DNA from: Octopus sinensis
Lineage: Eukaryota
DNA length: 64,000 nucleotides
Direction: 5' to 3'
Assembly: GCF_006345805.1 (NCBI RefSeq)
Contig: NC_043020.1
Location: forward strand, 30,752,001-30,816,000
The notes under the pieces were generated by a model. It saw only the letters and a program-made list of their open reading frames with translations. It was not told where the DNA came from and did not search any database. Numbering within the stretch: position 1 is the stretch's first letter; each line of letters starts with the position of its first letter. This document shows positions 39,819-53,034 of this stretch, piece by piece. Both the position numbers and the translations under genes were made by a program.

Positions 39819-41697
39819 CTGCAGCAGACAAGAAAGAAAAAGACCATTAATCATTCAATGTTAAATTCTTGGTGTTAGTCTTAAGCACCTAATCCGTAGC
39901 CTTAGCAGGGTATCTAATTAAAGAACCCCCTCTAATATGAGACAGGATGTTTGTGTGCCAATAGGGTGTCAGTCAACTGATCAAAGGTTCCTTTCATTGT
40001 TACCACATTATATGACTGTCTTTTATCTTTCACTTGTTTCAGCTATTAGATTGTGGCCATGCTGGGGCAGCACTGCCTTGAAGAATTTTCTTCAAACAAA
40101 TTGATGCAGGACTGCTTTTTGTTCGAAAGCCTGATATTTATTCTGTCAGTCACTTTTGCTGCTCTGGAGATGTCAATCGGTGGTGATGGGCAAACATAGA
40201 CAGAACCCCACCACACACACACACACACAACAGGCTTCTTTGAGTTTCTGTCTACTAAATCCACTAGCAAGGCTTTAGTCAGCCCAAGTCTATAGTAGAA
40301 GACACTTGCTCAAGGTGCCATGCAATGGAACTGAACCTGGAACTACATGGTCGGGAAGTGAACTTCTTACCACACAGCTACACCTCTATGGACATTATGT
40401 TAGTAAAATATGTCTGCAATCAAAAATCAACAGCTGAATTCCCCTAGCTTGAAGTAATTCCTACAAAACAGTTCCCCTTTGTAAGTAACAGCAGCACTGA
40501 GACCTCTATGAACATTCACCTGCTCTCATGAATAGCATGAACATAACAAATTTACATTTCTATATTTGTTCCAGCTCTGTGTCCTGTGTTCAAACCTTGC
40601 TATGGCCTACTTAAAGAGTACACTACTTCATTCCCTGGTTTAGTATTACCACCAGACTCTTTGAGTTCCTTTAGCAAAGGCTTCTCTGTAACAAGCACTC
40701 ACAGTAGATTTCTTACTTAAGGACACCTTCCTCTCATATTCACTCCCTTTCATCAATAAAAGCCACAGGTACAACCCTTTCCTCCTGACTAAATATTTAG
40801 GTCTGTCATGAGCCCCAAGGACTCATAAATAGCCAGAGCTTAACCTAGTTTCAAAGGCATATAACTGTCTGGGGATATAACTTCCCCTACTGAACAGGAC
40901 ATTGGTTCATTGCAGGTTAAACTTTGCAGCTGAGTGGAATGGAACAATGTGAATGCAGCAGCTGGTCCAGGAATCAAAACTACAATTTTATGATTGTGAG
41001 TACCCACACTCTAACCACTAAGCCATGCAATTTTATGCTCACTAAATGATAAAAGTCAGAGCTGCAGGAGTGGCTGTGTGGGAAGAAGCTTGCTTCCCAA
41101 CCACATGTGTTCTGGGTTCAGTCCCACTGCAGGGAGCACTTTGGGCAAGTGTCTTCTGCCATAGCCTTGAGCTGACCAAAGCCTTGGCAGTGGATTTGGT
41201 AGATGCAAACTGAAAGAAGTCCATTGTATACACACACACACACGATGGTGCATAGCCTAATGGTTAGGCTGTTGCACTCATGATCACTAGACTGTGGGTT
41301 CGATTCCCCAATTGGGTGGCATGTTGTGTTCTTGAGCAAAACACTTCATTTCACATTGCTCCTGTACTCCTTCGATCAGGGAGGATTCCTGGCCTACTCA
41401 CCTAGCCGGCAGGGTGGTGCCATTTGAAGGCTAAAACAATGCAAAAACACATTGTGACCAGTGATGTGTAACAACATCTGATAGCCTGGTTGGTCACGTG
41501 ATTATATATGAAACGAGTAAAAAAGAAAAGATAGCAATTTATCACTGCTTAAGCTTAAATCCCTACTCTTAATCCTAAGTGGTTATTTACTCTTTCATAA
41601 TTTTAAGTATCTCTTTACCCTCAGTAGAATAACAAACCAATGACTTATAGCAATGAAAGATTTCAAAAAATATCAGTTAAGGAAACGATCAGTTTAC

Positions 41698-41837
41698 CTT
41701 TTCTGATCCGACTTTGAAGCGGTGCCCTCTGAAACCGTTCTGTTGCCTGTTGCTGCAATAATCGCCGGTGCAATAAAATTTCTTGTCGTCGTTTCTCCTC
41801 TCTTTGACTCTCTTGCTTCCTTCGTAGAGCTAGAACT
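41698..41837 (-). CDS. CEP126: CEP126-like exon 3 (VLALRRKQESQREEKRRQEILLHRRLLQQQATERFQRAPLQSRIRK)
   Basis: AG/GTAAA boundaries; phase 2 to 1; coiled coil resembling CEP126 REQILQQRKQKFEEVTEKFQRA (K1377 region). Confidence 0.92.
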
Positions 41838-41880
41838 CTGGAGAATATGAGGTGAAGTTAAAAAATATAGAATATATATA

Positions 41881-42804
41881 TTGGGTCATCCCATAAATAA
41901 TGTGGATCTTTTACACATCTTTTATTTTTCAAATTAAGATAAAGTTATTTTTTGATCTAACATATACTCTCCTTCATTTTCTACAATGACCTTCCACCTA
42001 TCTGGTAGACTTGCAAGGCCCTTCTTCCATAATTCACTTGTCTGTAATGAAAAATACTCCGCCAGTACTGTTCTAACCTCATCTACAGAATTCATATTTT
42101 TTTACATCCAAATGATTTTGAAGAATGCAGAATAAATGATAATCAGATAAAGCAATGACCAGTAAATATGGTAGGTTGGGCATTGTTTCTTATTCAAACT
42201 GCTCCAGCCTTTGGAATGTCAGCTTTGCTGTATGTGGCCGAGCATTATCCTGATGGAAGAACACTTTTCATCTTGAAACCAAAGACACTCGTTTTTCTTC
42301 TGGCACTGACTTGAATGACAAGCTGAATGACCAAATCCAAGTTTCTCTGCTAGTTCCTCAAAAGTTACGATGGGATTTTGTTCCACCAGGGTTAGCACAG
42401 TGTCCTCGATGAGTTCTACAGATTTTCCAGGATGAGGATCGTCTTCTAGATTGTAGCTTCCAGCTTGGAATTTCTGGAACCACTATTGACACTGGCTTAA
42501 GCTTATTGTCCGATCCCCATATACTGCATTAATATTCCTTGAACTTTCCGGTGCGTTGTTGCCTTCATTGAACTCACAAACCAAAATATGCTGAAGATGT
42601 TCCTTTGTTACTTCCATTATAGATTTGAAAAAAAAATAACTGTTAAAATCAAACTACAATCTTCAAAACTTGCACTAAGAGTAATGACAAGGTAAAATTG
42701 CCACCTGCTTTTATAGCAAGTTGATGCAGGTAGTTTATCCTATCCCCCTCCAACTTTTAGTTCATGCAGTTGAAAAAAACCACATTATTTATGGGATAAC
42801 CCAA
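41881..42804 (-). mobile_element. Internally deleted mariner element with TIRs and TA TSD
   Basis: TIR TTGGGT(C/T)ATCCCATAAATAATGTGG at both ends, flanked by TA; N-terminal remnant MEVTKEHLQHIL...WFQKFQAGSYNLEDDPHPG. Confidence 0.9.
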
Positions 42805-42825
42805 TATATCAGCATCATCTTCATT

Positions 42826-44200
42826 GTTTAACATCCGTTTTCCATGCTGGCATGGGTTGGATGGTCTGACTGAGGTCTGGAGAGCCAGCAGTTGCACCAG
42901 GCTCCAATCTGATCTCATGATGTTTCTACAGCTGGATACCCTTCCTAATGCCAACCACTCCAAGAGTGTAGTGGGTGTTTTTTTACATGCCACCGGCACT
43001 GGAGCCAGTCAAGGGGCATTGGCCAACGGCTATGGTTTTGGTTTTACTTGACTCAAAAGGTCTTCTCAATCATAACATATCACCTGACGCATCAAGGGTA
43101 CTCTTCAATCGGCCAGATATGCAACACTGGTATCAGCCGTGATTGCAATCTCACTTTAGTTGCCGGGTCTTCTCAATCACAGCATATCTCCAAAGGTCTC
43201 AGTCTCCTATCATTGCCACTGTGAAGCCCAATTTTTGAAGGTCATGCTTCACCACCTCATCCTATGTCTTCCTGGGTCTACCTCTTCCACAGGTTCCTTC
43301 CACAGTTAGGATGTGGCACTTCCTCACACAATTATCCTCATCTATATGTAACACATGGCCATACCAGCAGTCACCTCTCTTGCACGTCACATTTGATACT
43401 TCTTATGTCCAACTTTTCCCCTCAAGGCGTTCACACTCTGTCTTTGGACACTGACATTACACATCCAGTGGATCATACTAACTTCATTTCTTTCAAGCCT
43501 ACACATGTCCTCAGCAGTCATGGCCCACGTTTCCCTGCTGTGTAGCATGGCAGTTCACACACATGCACCATACAGTCTACCTTTCATTCTGAGCAAGAGG
43601 CTGTTAGTTGCCAGCAGAGGTAGGAGCTCCCTGAACTTTGCCCAGGCAATTCTTATTCTAGCCACTACACTCTCAGAGCAAACACCCCAACTACAGACTT
43701 AGTCGCCTAGGTAGTGGAAGCTATCAACTACTTTTATTTTTTTTCCCCTGGCATGTGATGAAATCTCTTTTCGGTACATCTTCAGTGTTTATTGCCCCTG
43801 TGCATCTGCCACACACAAAAACTATCTTCCTGGTTAACCTCCCTCTCAGATTGCTGCACCTTGTATGTGGCCACAGCTTACATCAGGTACATTGTATGGA
43901 GTTTCTACCCACACCTTTTCTACAGACCGAGCAGGGCCATCTACATGAAGGGGTTTGTGATTTCTACTTACTAAGAGTTTGGTCTTTGCTAGGTTAATCT
44001 TAAAGCCCTTCGATTCTAGACCTTGCTTCCACACCCTAAACTTCGTCTTTAGTTCTGGTAGTGACTTGACTATTAGAGCAAGGTCATCAGCATAGAGAAG
44101 CTCCCAGGGGCATCCTGTCTTGAATTCCTCTGTTATTGCCTGGAGGACTATGAAGAATAAGAGGGAGATGAGGACTGATCCTGTTTTTCTATTCAGCTTC
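42826..44200 (-). mobile_element. Decayed RTE LINE with the catalytic YADD motif
   Basis: GCPWELLYADDLALI, KGFKINLAKTK, PCSVCRKGVGRNSIQC and the tail. Confidence 0.88.
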
Positions 44201-45499
44201 TATGCTCCGATCCTTGTAACTTGTGAGTATATCCTAGCACTACACCATCTCTCTTCTGCTCTCTCTTGCACTTTTTCTGTTTCCTACGCTCTCTTGATTA
44301 CTCTCTCTCTGCTTTTGTTTTCCCTCTGACTAGGTAACGCAAGTAACTCCTTTACATCAGCACACTTGTTTCTGGCCTCTTTCTGTACCTCTCTCTCTCT
44401 CTCACTGGGTAACCATATACCTCCTCTATAGCGAGACACCTATTTCTGCCTTGTTATTTCTGTCACACTCTAATCTTTCATCATTTGATACTGGATTACC
44501 TCCTCTGATACTCACTCTATTGTGGCAAGACACCTGCTTCTCTCTCTCTCTCTTTGTCACACTCTAACCTTTCATCTTCTAACATAAGTTCCCTTCCTCA
44601 AGTGCCCCTGCCCCTCTCATAATTCCTTGTCTTACAAGTCACTTGGTTACCCTGCCACTGCTGGTGCTATGTTGAAAGCATCCAGTCCACACTAACATGG
44701 TTGGCATTTGAAAGGGCATCCAGCTGTAAAAATCATGCCAAAATAGAGACAGTAGCCTCGGGTAGTTTTTCTACCTGACTGGTTCCTGTCAAACATCCCA
44801 CCCATGCATACATGGACGATGGCTGTTAAACGATGACAATGACAACATACACACACACACATTCAGAAGGTTTAGTTGTTATGACCAGTCAGAGTGGTGA
44901 TTGGTTTCACACCCATAAAGCTCTTAGCTGTATAGGAAACTTGTCGAACTCGTTAGCCAGAAGTACATAACCCCTCCCCCCTTCTCTCTAATCAAACCAA
45001 GTGAAACCAAGTCTATTAAGCAAGCCATCTTTTTAAAGAGGCACCTGAAGAGACACATCTGCACCTCAAACAGTTGTATAGTATCCTATCCACAAGAGAC
45101 CAATGTTGTAGGAGACAATTGTTGTAATGAATAAAGATTCTTGTGAATTCCACTTTCTGTTTCTCTCATTTGCTATATACTCAATGACCATTGCAAAATT
45201 CCTGAGGTAGATCCAGTGACTTTTATATCAAAACTGTGGATAACATCAGATAACCATAGACAGTGAAAGTGCTTTAATCGGCATACTATCAGATGTATAA
45301 TCAAAGTTTAAATACTATGTATATCATCATCATCGTTTCATGTCAGCATTCCATACTGGCATGGGTTGGATGGTTTGACAGGGGCTGGCCAGGCTGGAGC
45401 CTGCATCAGACTTCTGTGTCTGTTTTGGCAGGGTTTTTATGGTTGGACGTCCTTCCTAACACCAACCACCCAGCAGAGTGGATTATATAAGAATCACCT

Positions 45500-46525
45500 G
45501 GACAAGGTTCAGAAAGCTCCTACCTCTATCGGCAACTAAGGTCCTCTCACTCAGAGTGGAAGGTAGACTGTATGATGCATGTGTGTGAACTGCCATGCTA
45601 CACGGCAGTAAAACATGGGCCGTGGCTGCTGAAGACATGTGTAGGCTTGAAAGAAATGAAGCTAGTATGATCTGCTGGATGTGAAATATCAGTGTGCACT
45701 CACGACAGAGTGTAAGTGCCCCGAGAGAAATGTTGGACATAAGAAACATCAGATGTGGTGTGCAAGAGAGGTGACTGTGCTAGTATGGTCATGTGCTGTG
45801 TATGGATGAGGACAACAATGTGAAGAAGTGTCACTCCCTATCAGTGGAAGGAACCTGTGGAAGAGGTAGACCCAGGAAGACATGGGATGAGGTGGTGAAG
45901 CATGACCTTTGAACGAAGGGCCTCACAGAGGCAATAATGAAAGACCTCTGGAGATATGTGATTGAGAAGACCTGGCTAGTAAAGTGAGATCACAGCTGTT
46001 GCCTACACCAGCCCTTTTAAATAGTACCTTTGAATCGTCAGGTGACATGCCATGCTTGAGAAGACCTATTGAGTCAAGTAAAATCAAAATCAAATCACAA
46101 TCAAATGGAAATTGTAGTTGTGGACTATGCCAGTGCTGGTGGCATGCAATAAGCACCATTCAGGTGTGGGTCATTGCCAGGACCGCCTGAATGGCTCTCC
46201 ATGCTGGTGGCATGTAAAATGCATCATTTGAAAGTGGTCGATGCCAGCCTTGCTGCCCCACCTGGCTCCTGTGCCAGTAGCATGTAAAAAGCACCATCCG
46301 CACATGGCTGACGCCAGTGCCGCCTGACTGGTTCCCGTGCTGGTGGCATGTAAAAAGTACCCACTACACTCTCAGAGTGGTTGGCATTAGGAAGGGCATC
46401 CAGCTGCAGAAACGTTGCCAGATCAAGATTGGAGCCTGGTGCGGTCTCCTGGCTTTTGGTCCCCAGACAAACCACCTAACCCATGCCAGCAAAGAAAATG
46501 GATGTTAACCGATGATGATGATGAT
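45500..46525 (+). mobile_element. RTE LINE 3' portion (a short opposite-strand RTE tail precedes it at 45320-45480)
   Basis: LSLRVEGRLYDACV and GRPRKTWDEVVKHDL, then the sub-repeated 3'UTR and (GAT)n tail. Confidence 0.82.
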
Positions 46526-47329
46526 ATATGGGTAACTGCAGGCATGGCTATACGGTTGAGTAGCTAGCACCGCAACCATATAATCTTGGGTTCAGTCCCT
46601 ATACACAACAACTTGGGTGTCTTCTACTACTGTCCCAGGTCAACCAAAACCTTGGGAATGAATTTGAAAGAAGTCCATCATGTGTGTGTGTTGACATCAG
46701 TGCCATACAGTATTATGTTGCCTGGAAACAGATGAGGGTTGGCAACAGGAAGAGCATCCAGTAATAGAAAATCCACCCAAAATAATTTCTGTCTGACCCA
46801 TGCAAGCACGAAAAGTGGACATATGATGATGATGATGTTGTATGCATATTTTATAATTCCACTTCGCCACAGCAGAACTTTTGCTAGAACTTAATATACA
46901 TATAATGTACAGTATTACTAAGTTCTGGTGATGAGGTGATATGAATTCACGGACATCCTCAGCTCCAGATTCTTATATGAACCATAAGCTAAGTTCACAG
47001 CATGTCATCAATTAAAAGAACAAGAATTATGCATCTTCAGTAGTTTACAGCCATTTCAGCTACAAGGAACTGTGCATCCAGAAGAGCCAATTGCTGGTGT
47101 GACATCTTGTAGTTTCATGAAATTCTGAACAGGAAGTGTTTAGTTCTTGAGGAACATGTTTGACTGGCAAAGCTGTAAGATTCTGCACAGAGATTCAACT
47201 CTGGCTGGATGTGCAGTTCCTTATAATGAAACAGCTGTAAGGTAACGACCCTCACAGGCCACGACCATGATTTCATTTAGCTCAGAGTGTCTTCTTCTCA
47301 AACACAGCAGATTGTCAGAAGTATTAGTC

Positions 47330-49230
47330 ACTTATCACCACCGTGAGACTCAACAACAAAAGTTCATATTTCATCACCTCATCCCACATCTTTCTGGATT
47401 TACCTCTTCCACAAGTTCCCTCCACAATTAAAGATCAGTACTTCTTTATACAGCTGTCCATGTTCATATGCATCACATGACCATACCACGCCACATCTGA
47501 TAAGACCTCTTATACCCAATTTTCCTCTCAAGACACTTACACTCTGTCATACATGCATACTGACACTGCACATCCAGCAGAGTATGCTTCATTTCGTTCA
47601 AGCTTTCACATGTCCTCTGCAGTCACAGCCCACAATTCACTGCCATGTAGCATGGCTGTTTGTACACAGGCACCTTACAATCTGCCTTTTGCTCTGAGAG
47701 AGAGGCCCTTTGATACTAACAACAGTAGAAGCTTTCTAAACTTTGCCCAGCCTATTCTTATTCTAGCAGCTACATTCTCCAAACATCCTTCTCTACTGCT
47801 GACTTGGTCACCAAGGTAATGGAAGCTATCTACAACTTCCAAGTATCTTCCCAAGCATTTGACAGTCTATTTCCTGTACATTCCTAGTGATTATTGTACC
47901 TGCACATCTACATACAAAGACTACTTTCTCTGTTAACCTTCCTCTGATCCCATTATGTGTCCAAAGCTTACACTGGGTACACTGTATGGAGTTTCTATCA
48001 ACAAACTTTCCACATATCAAGTGGGGCCATGTCCCTGAAGGGAACAGTAATTTGTCTCTTTTCCTACTTACTAAGACCTTAGTCTTTGCTAAATTAACTC
48101 AAAGGCCCTTTGATTCTAGACCTTGCTTCTATACTTGAGAGCTCTTCTCTAGTTCTGGTAGTGATTCAGCTATAAGAACAAGGTCGTCAGCATAGTGGAG
48201 CTCCCATGGGCAGCCTGTCTTAAATTCCTCTGTTATAGCCTGGAGGATTATGATGAAGAAGAGGGGGCTGAGAACCGATCCTTGGTGAATTCCTACCTGT
48301 ACACTAAGTTCCTTGCTTTACTCATTGCCGACTTTCACCTTACTGACAGCATCACATCCCTGTACATGGCTTGTATAATACTCACCAAACGCACATCCAT
48401 CCCTAACTTCTGCATTAACCACCAGATAAGGGAGGAGGAACCATGTCAAAAGCTTTCTCCATGTCACAAAAACCAAATACAGAGATTTATTTTTTGCTAA
48501 ATACTTCTCCAGCTGCCTTACCAGCATAAACGGTGCTTCTCCCTAGTACAAAGCCAAACTGCATCTCCTGTAGACTAACCCTCATCCTAATTAATTGAGA
48601 TATGACCTTCTCTGTAACTTACATTACCTGGTTTAGCAATTTGATACCTCTATAATTATTTCTGACTAGGGCAGTTGGCCATGCTGTTGCTACACCAGTC
48701 GTTGGCTGTGATTCCTTTATGGACAACCTGTTTAACTATATGGGTGATTAGATCATATTCCACTCTGCCAGATATTTTAAGCATCTCCTGATGGGTTAGG
48801 GGCACTTTCCCTGTCTTCATATCCTTCATCTCTTTATCTACCAAGCTACTGTCCATTTGGATAGCTGATCCCTGTGTTGGGTCCACGCTAGGCAGACTCT
48901 CCTTCTCCCATCATCTGTTCTCTACATTTAGCAGCCTTTCTTAGTGGCAGTTCTTCCAAGCCTCTTTCTAAGCAGAGTCACTTACTGCAAGTGAACCATC
49001 ATCCATACAAACACACTTCTTTCCTGCTACATCATGGCTTTCCCTGACACACTGTCCTCCAAACGGAAACACCTCAAGCTTCTAGTCCTCCTCACACCAC
49101 ATAACATCAGCAAACTTCTGCCTTTCTGATTTCTTCCCTGGCTCAGTGTACCTGTCTCCTAGCTTCCCTTCAAGTTACCTGATATAGTTCTTTGCTATCA
49201 CCACCCTTCAAGTCCTTACAGGACTGTTTC
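47330..49230 (-). mobile_element. About 1.9-kb heavily decayed RTE LINE spanning most of RT
   Basis: Remnants LVRQLEKYLAKNKSLYLVFV, GCPWELHYADDL, NSIQCTQCKLWTH and RIRIGWAKF. Confidence 0.85.
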
Positions 49231-49945
49231 TTTGCTCTAATGTTAAACTGTGGCCATGCTGGGGCACCACTTTGAAGAATTTTTCGTCAAATGAATTGCC
49301 CCTAGTACTTAATTTTTTAAAGCCTGGTACTTTAGTTCAAATATATCAAAATGGTAGATGATAATTTCTTATTTTAGATAATAATAATAATAATAATTAT
49401 TATTATCATTTTCTTTTTTTCAGAAATTCAGATAGCAATAATCATTATCATTTACTGTCCTACTTCCATGCTGGCATGGGTTGGATGGTTTGATGGGATC
49501 CAGCAAGCTGCAGGGCTGTATTGAACGCCAGTGTCAATTTTGGCTTGGTTTCTACAGCCCGATGCTCTTCCTTACAACAGTAACTTTACATTGTGTACTG
49601 GGTGCTTTTTTCATGCCACCAGCACTAGAGAGGTTGCCAAGTAGCTTGCAAGACAGAAAAAGAAGAGAGAGAAAGTCAAAGGAAAAAGGTTCCACTACTC
49701 AGTAAGGGGGTGGGAGTATTTTCTTGCTATGGAGGAGATCCATAGCTACCACACATTATATGGAGGTAGAGGGTAGTGGTTGGAAGAAAGGAGATAAGGA
49801 TGGTTGTGATAAAATGCCAGAGTAAACTTTCAAGGTACAAGAAGTGAGCATGAGGGAGGATACAGGCAGAGGGTCAGGAGAGGGGGAAATAGGTACTTTC
49901 ATATAAGTGTGGGGGGAGGGAGATAAAGAAATATATTCTACTTAC

Positions 49946-50098
49946 TTTCTCCTTTTGTTTGTTTCTTGAGAGAGGCGCCTGGCTTTCCCTATGTTGTTGG
50001 CCGTTTCTTCATTGTTGCGGTTAACACAATCCTCATAGGAAGCATTCAGGAGCTTCAGTTTTTCAATCTGGTATTCTTGTAGTTTGCGAAACCGTTTC
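49946..50098 (-). CDS. CEP126: CEP126-like exon 2 (KRFRKLQEYQIEKLKLL...KARRLSQETNKRRK)
   Basis: Acceptor TTTTACTAG, donor GTAAGT; phase 2-2; ARRLSQETNKRRK resembles CEP126 ARKYFVESNRRKK. Confidence 0.9.
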
Positions 50099-52789
50099 CT
50101 AGTAAAACTTTCAGGATTAATAACTGTCTGGGGATGTGTTTGAGGGAATTTGGGACTAAGATGTTTTGGTGTGGTAGCAGAATCATTACTATACTGGGCA
50201 AAATACTTAGCAGTATTTTGTCTGTCCTTATGTTCTGAGTTCCAATTTGCCTTTCATTTTTTGAGGTCAGTAAAATAAAGAACGGTTAAGGACTGGGGAT
50301 CAATGTAATCAACTGAACTATTCCTGGAGTAAGAGTATAAAAAACAGCACACCTCTGTCAAGCCAGTGTGTCAGAGTAGGCTCATCAAACCAGTATGATC
50401 TCAAGCTCAAATTCACAGCCTCCACATCAGACTGTGGCTGGTGAAGAGAAACATGCTGATGTCTTTGTCCTGCAACGGACTGAACATGGGCAATCCAATC
50501 CAACAGGTGCAGATATGATTGTATGTTGAAGAAGTTCACTTCACAAACACAATTTCAGGTTCATTACCATAACACAACATCTTGGGGAAGTGTCTGTCAC
50601 TATAGCCCCAGGCTAACCCAAAACTTGTGAGTGAATTGTGTAGACAAAAACTGAAAGAAGCACACTCTGTGTGTATGTGAGTGTGTGTGTGTGTGTGTGT
50701 ATGTGTGCACACACCCTTATCTTGGCATGGTGCAGTTATTGTAAACAAACATCACCATCATACAAGTAGTAACATTTGCCTGCAATCTTCTCTTGTATGA
50801 AAAAATGTGAGAGTTAGTGGCAGGAAAAATATCTGGGCATAAAAAATTCCACCTCAGCAAATATTGTCTGGTTATGCAAGCATGGAAAAGTAGATGGGAT
50901 GAGGATGATTTGCCTGCCACTTTTTATCTGAAGATAAAGAGAAAAAAAAAAAACATTGGATAGTCAGGACAAGAAAGCCTTCATAAATTTGCTGTTCAAT
51001 CAGGTCTGACCTGAAGCTAAGCAACAACTTGACAATTGATTCAGCAACTGTACCAACAAATGAAATGTCCATGCAATCATGAAAATGCTAAAACAAGCCA
51101 ATGAAGATGTCTTTATATGGTTGCTTAACTGTTAGAAATAGCAGGTAATATTTCTTCAGATTACATTATGCTGTCTTTGACAAAAGACATATTGGATGAA
51201 ATAGTTTGACATATATTGTGTCTGGACAGAAAGGAAAAAAAAATTGATATGGCCAAGGCTGGGGCCTTTCAAGAAAGATCTGCTTGATGGAGGCAGAGTT
51301 GGAATTAATAAGAACAATGCGGATATGTGCTTAAGGGTTTATACATAGTGTCAAATATATTTTGCAATAAATATGGTGAGTTTTACATCAGAAGTCACTG
51401 TAAGCAAACAGCACATTCACATTTTGCTTACAAGTTTTTAAAGTTTACTATGGTTGTTTCTACAACTAGATGTGTGGTTGCAAAGAGTCCAAAATGACAC
51501 AATGAGATCAATGATAAAATAAGATACAGGTGTTTAGATTGGACTGGATATGTCCTCAAACGAGATCAAGAAAGTAATTATATGGTAGCAGAAAAGTGAC
51601 ATCCTGAGGGGAAAAGTGTAGCAGGGCAGCCTAAAGCCACATGGTGAAGGACCATTGACAAGGAAAGGAGATGAGAAGAGTGGAGAAGCTGGAATGAGAC
51701 CAGAACACAGAAAACAGAGCTGGTTGGAGAGATTGTGATGTGGCATTATGGACCTCATGACACATTGAGAACTAACACCAACTACAGCATACATTTCTTT
51801 GTCAAACCAGTACTAGGTAGGCTGTCATGTAGTCATCTTCACTAAAGAATCCTCTGTACTCTATGCTACCTCCTACTATTCTCCCAAACAGAAAGTACTG
51901 GATGCATTTCATCATGGCACCATTATTATTCATCCTTCAATGTGGTTGAACAACCAATCCCAACCAACCAGGATTCTCAGTATTGACTTGTACTCTTCAT
52001 CGTTTTTGAATACAAAATGTGGTTTGTAAGACGTCCGTTGGGGTGATTTTCCTGAGTCCCTATCTCAGCCTTGTACACCAAACCATCGCAAGGTTACTCA
52101 TTTATAGCTAAGTGGACTGGAGCAATGAGAACTGAAGTGTTTTACTCAAGGACACAACAATGCACAGCCAGTCTGGGAATTGAAACCATGATCTCGTGAC
52201 TATGGGTGCAACATCATAACCATTAGGCTTCAGTAAGTAATACTAACACTGGCTTTCTAAAACAATTTTTACAGTGATTGATGTAATCAACATTAGAGTT
52301 TAAAATAGATAGGCAGAATGAAAGAGAGAGGCAGATGGAGACAAACAGGTAGGTATGTAGATATATAGACAGGTAGAGAGAGAGAGAGAGAGAGAGGGAT
52401 TAATCGATAGATACATATAAATGGATGGATAGATAAAATGCTGAGCAAATAAAGCGCATACAGTTCGATAAAGATAGAAAATTAAACAGTGGAAGATAGA
52501 CGGATATATATTTCAATACCATATTGCCAACACAACGTTGAAAACTCTCAGGTGACAGACAGTGAAAACCTTAACAGAAAGAGATACTGTGGGACAAAGC
52601 TCTCTATTCGGTTAAAACCATTTTCACAAAATTTTAAATTTCCGCCTCAACACTCCCATCCTGCTGTCTAAAAGGGAAAATGAACGGTTTGTGTGTGCGA
52701 AGGAACAGAGAAAATATGCTAGAAATAGCAGCCAAATCTCACAAAACTGCGATAACATAATGAAAGCAATATGTAATGAATCTACTCAC

Positions 52790-52887
52790 CTTTCTGCAAA
52801 GGTTTCTTTCAGAGTAATTTCCCGCATTAATATGACAAAGTGAAATGAAAGTGTTAATTTATTTTTGACAACCGAAACCTCCGCCAT
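52790..52887 (-). CDS. CEP126: Predicted first coding exon of CEP126-like gene (MAEVSVVKNKLTLSFHFVILMREITLKETFAER)
   Basis: CAC-ATG-GCG start, open 98 nt, perfect donor AAG|GTGAGT; phase 2 joins exon 2 in frame. Lies inside an inverted-repeat arm. Confidence 0.65.
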
Positions 52888-53034
52888 GTGCGCCGCTGGA
52901 ATAAACTTTCCTATCGCCCGATGATCCAGTCATGATATACTTCAACCGTCTTTTGATTCGGGACCAATAGACCTTAACTGTGTGTTTTAAAAGATACTAA
53001 TTAAAACAATTTTTGTGTATAGTCTTCCGTGTTT

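Noticed and set aside
51011-51087. Alternative phase-compatible exon (MDISFVGTVAESIVKLLLSFR)
   Set aside because: Weaker donor (GTCAGA) and no homology; cannot be distinguished from chance without RNA data.
52717-52730. 12-nt identity (GCTAGAAATAGC) to the engineered SpCas9 sgRNA scaffold
   Set aside because: The flanks do not match the scaffold, and the motif is part of an endogenous dispersed repeat; coincidence, not vector contamination.
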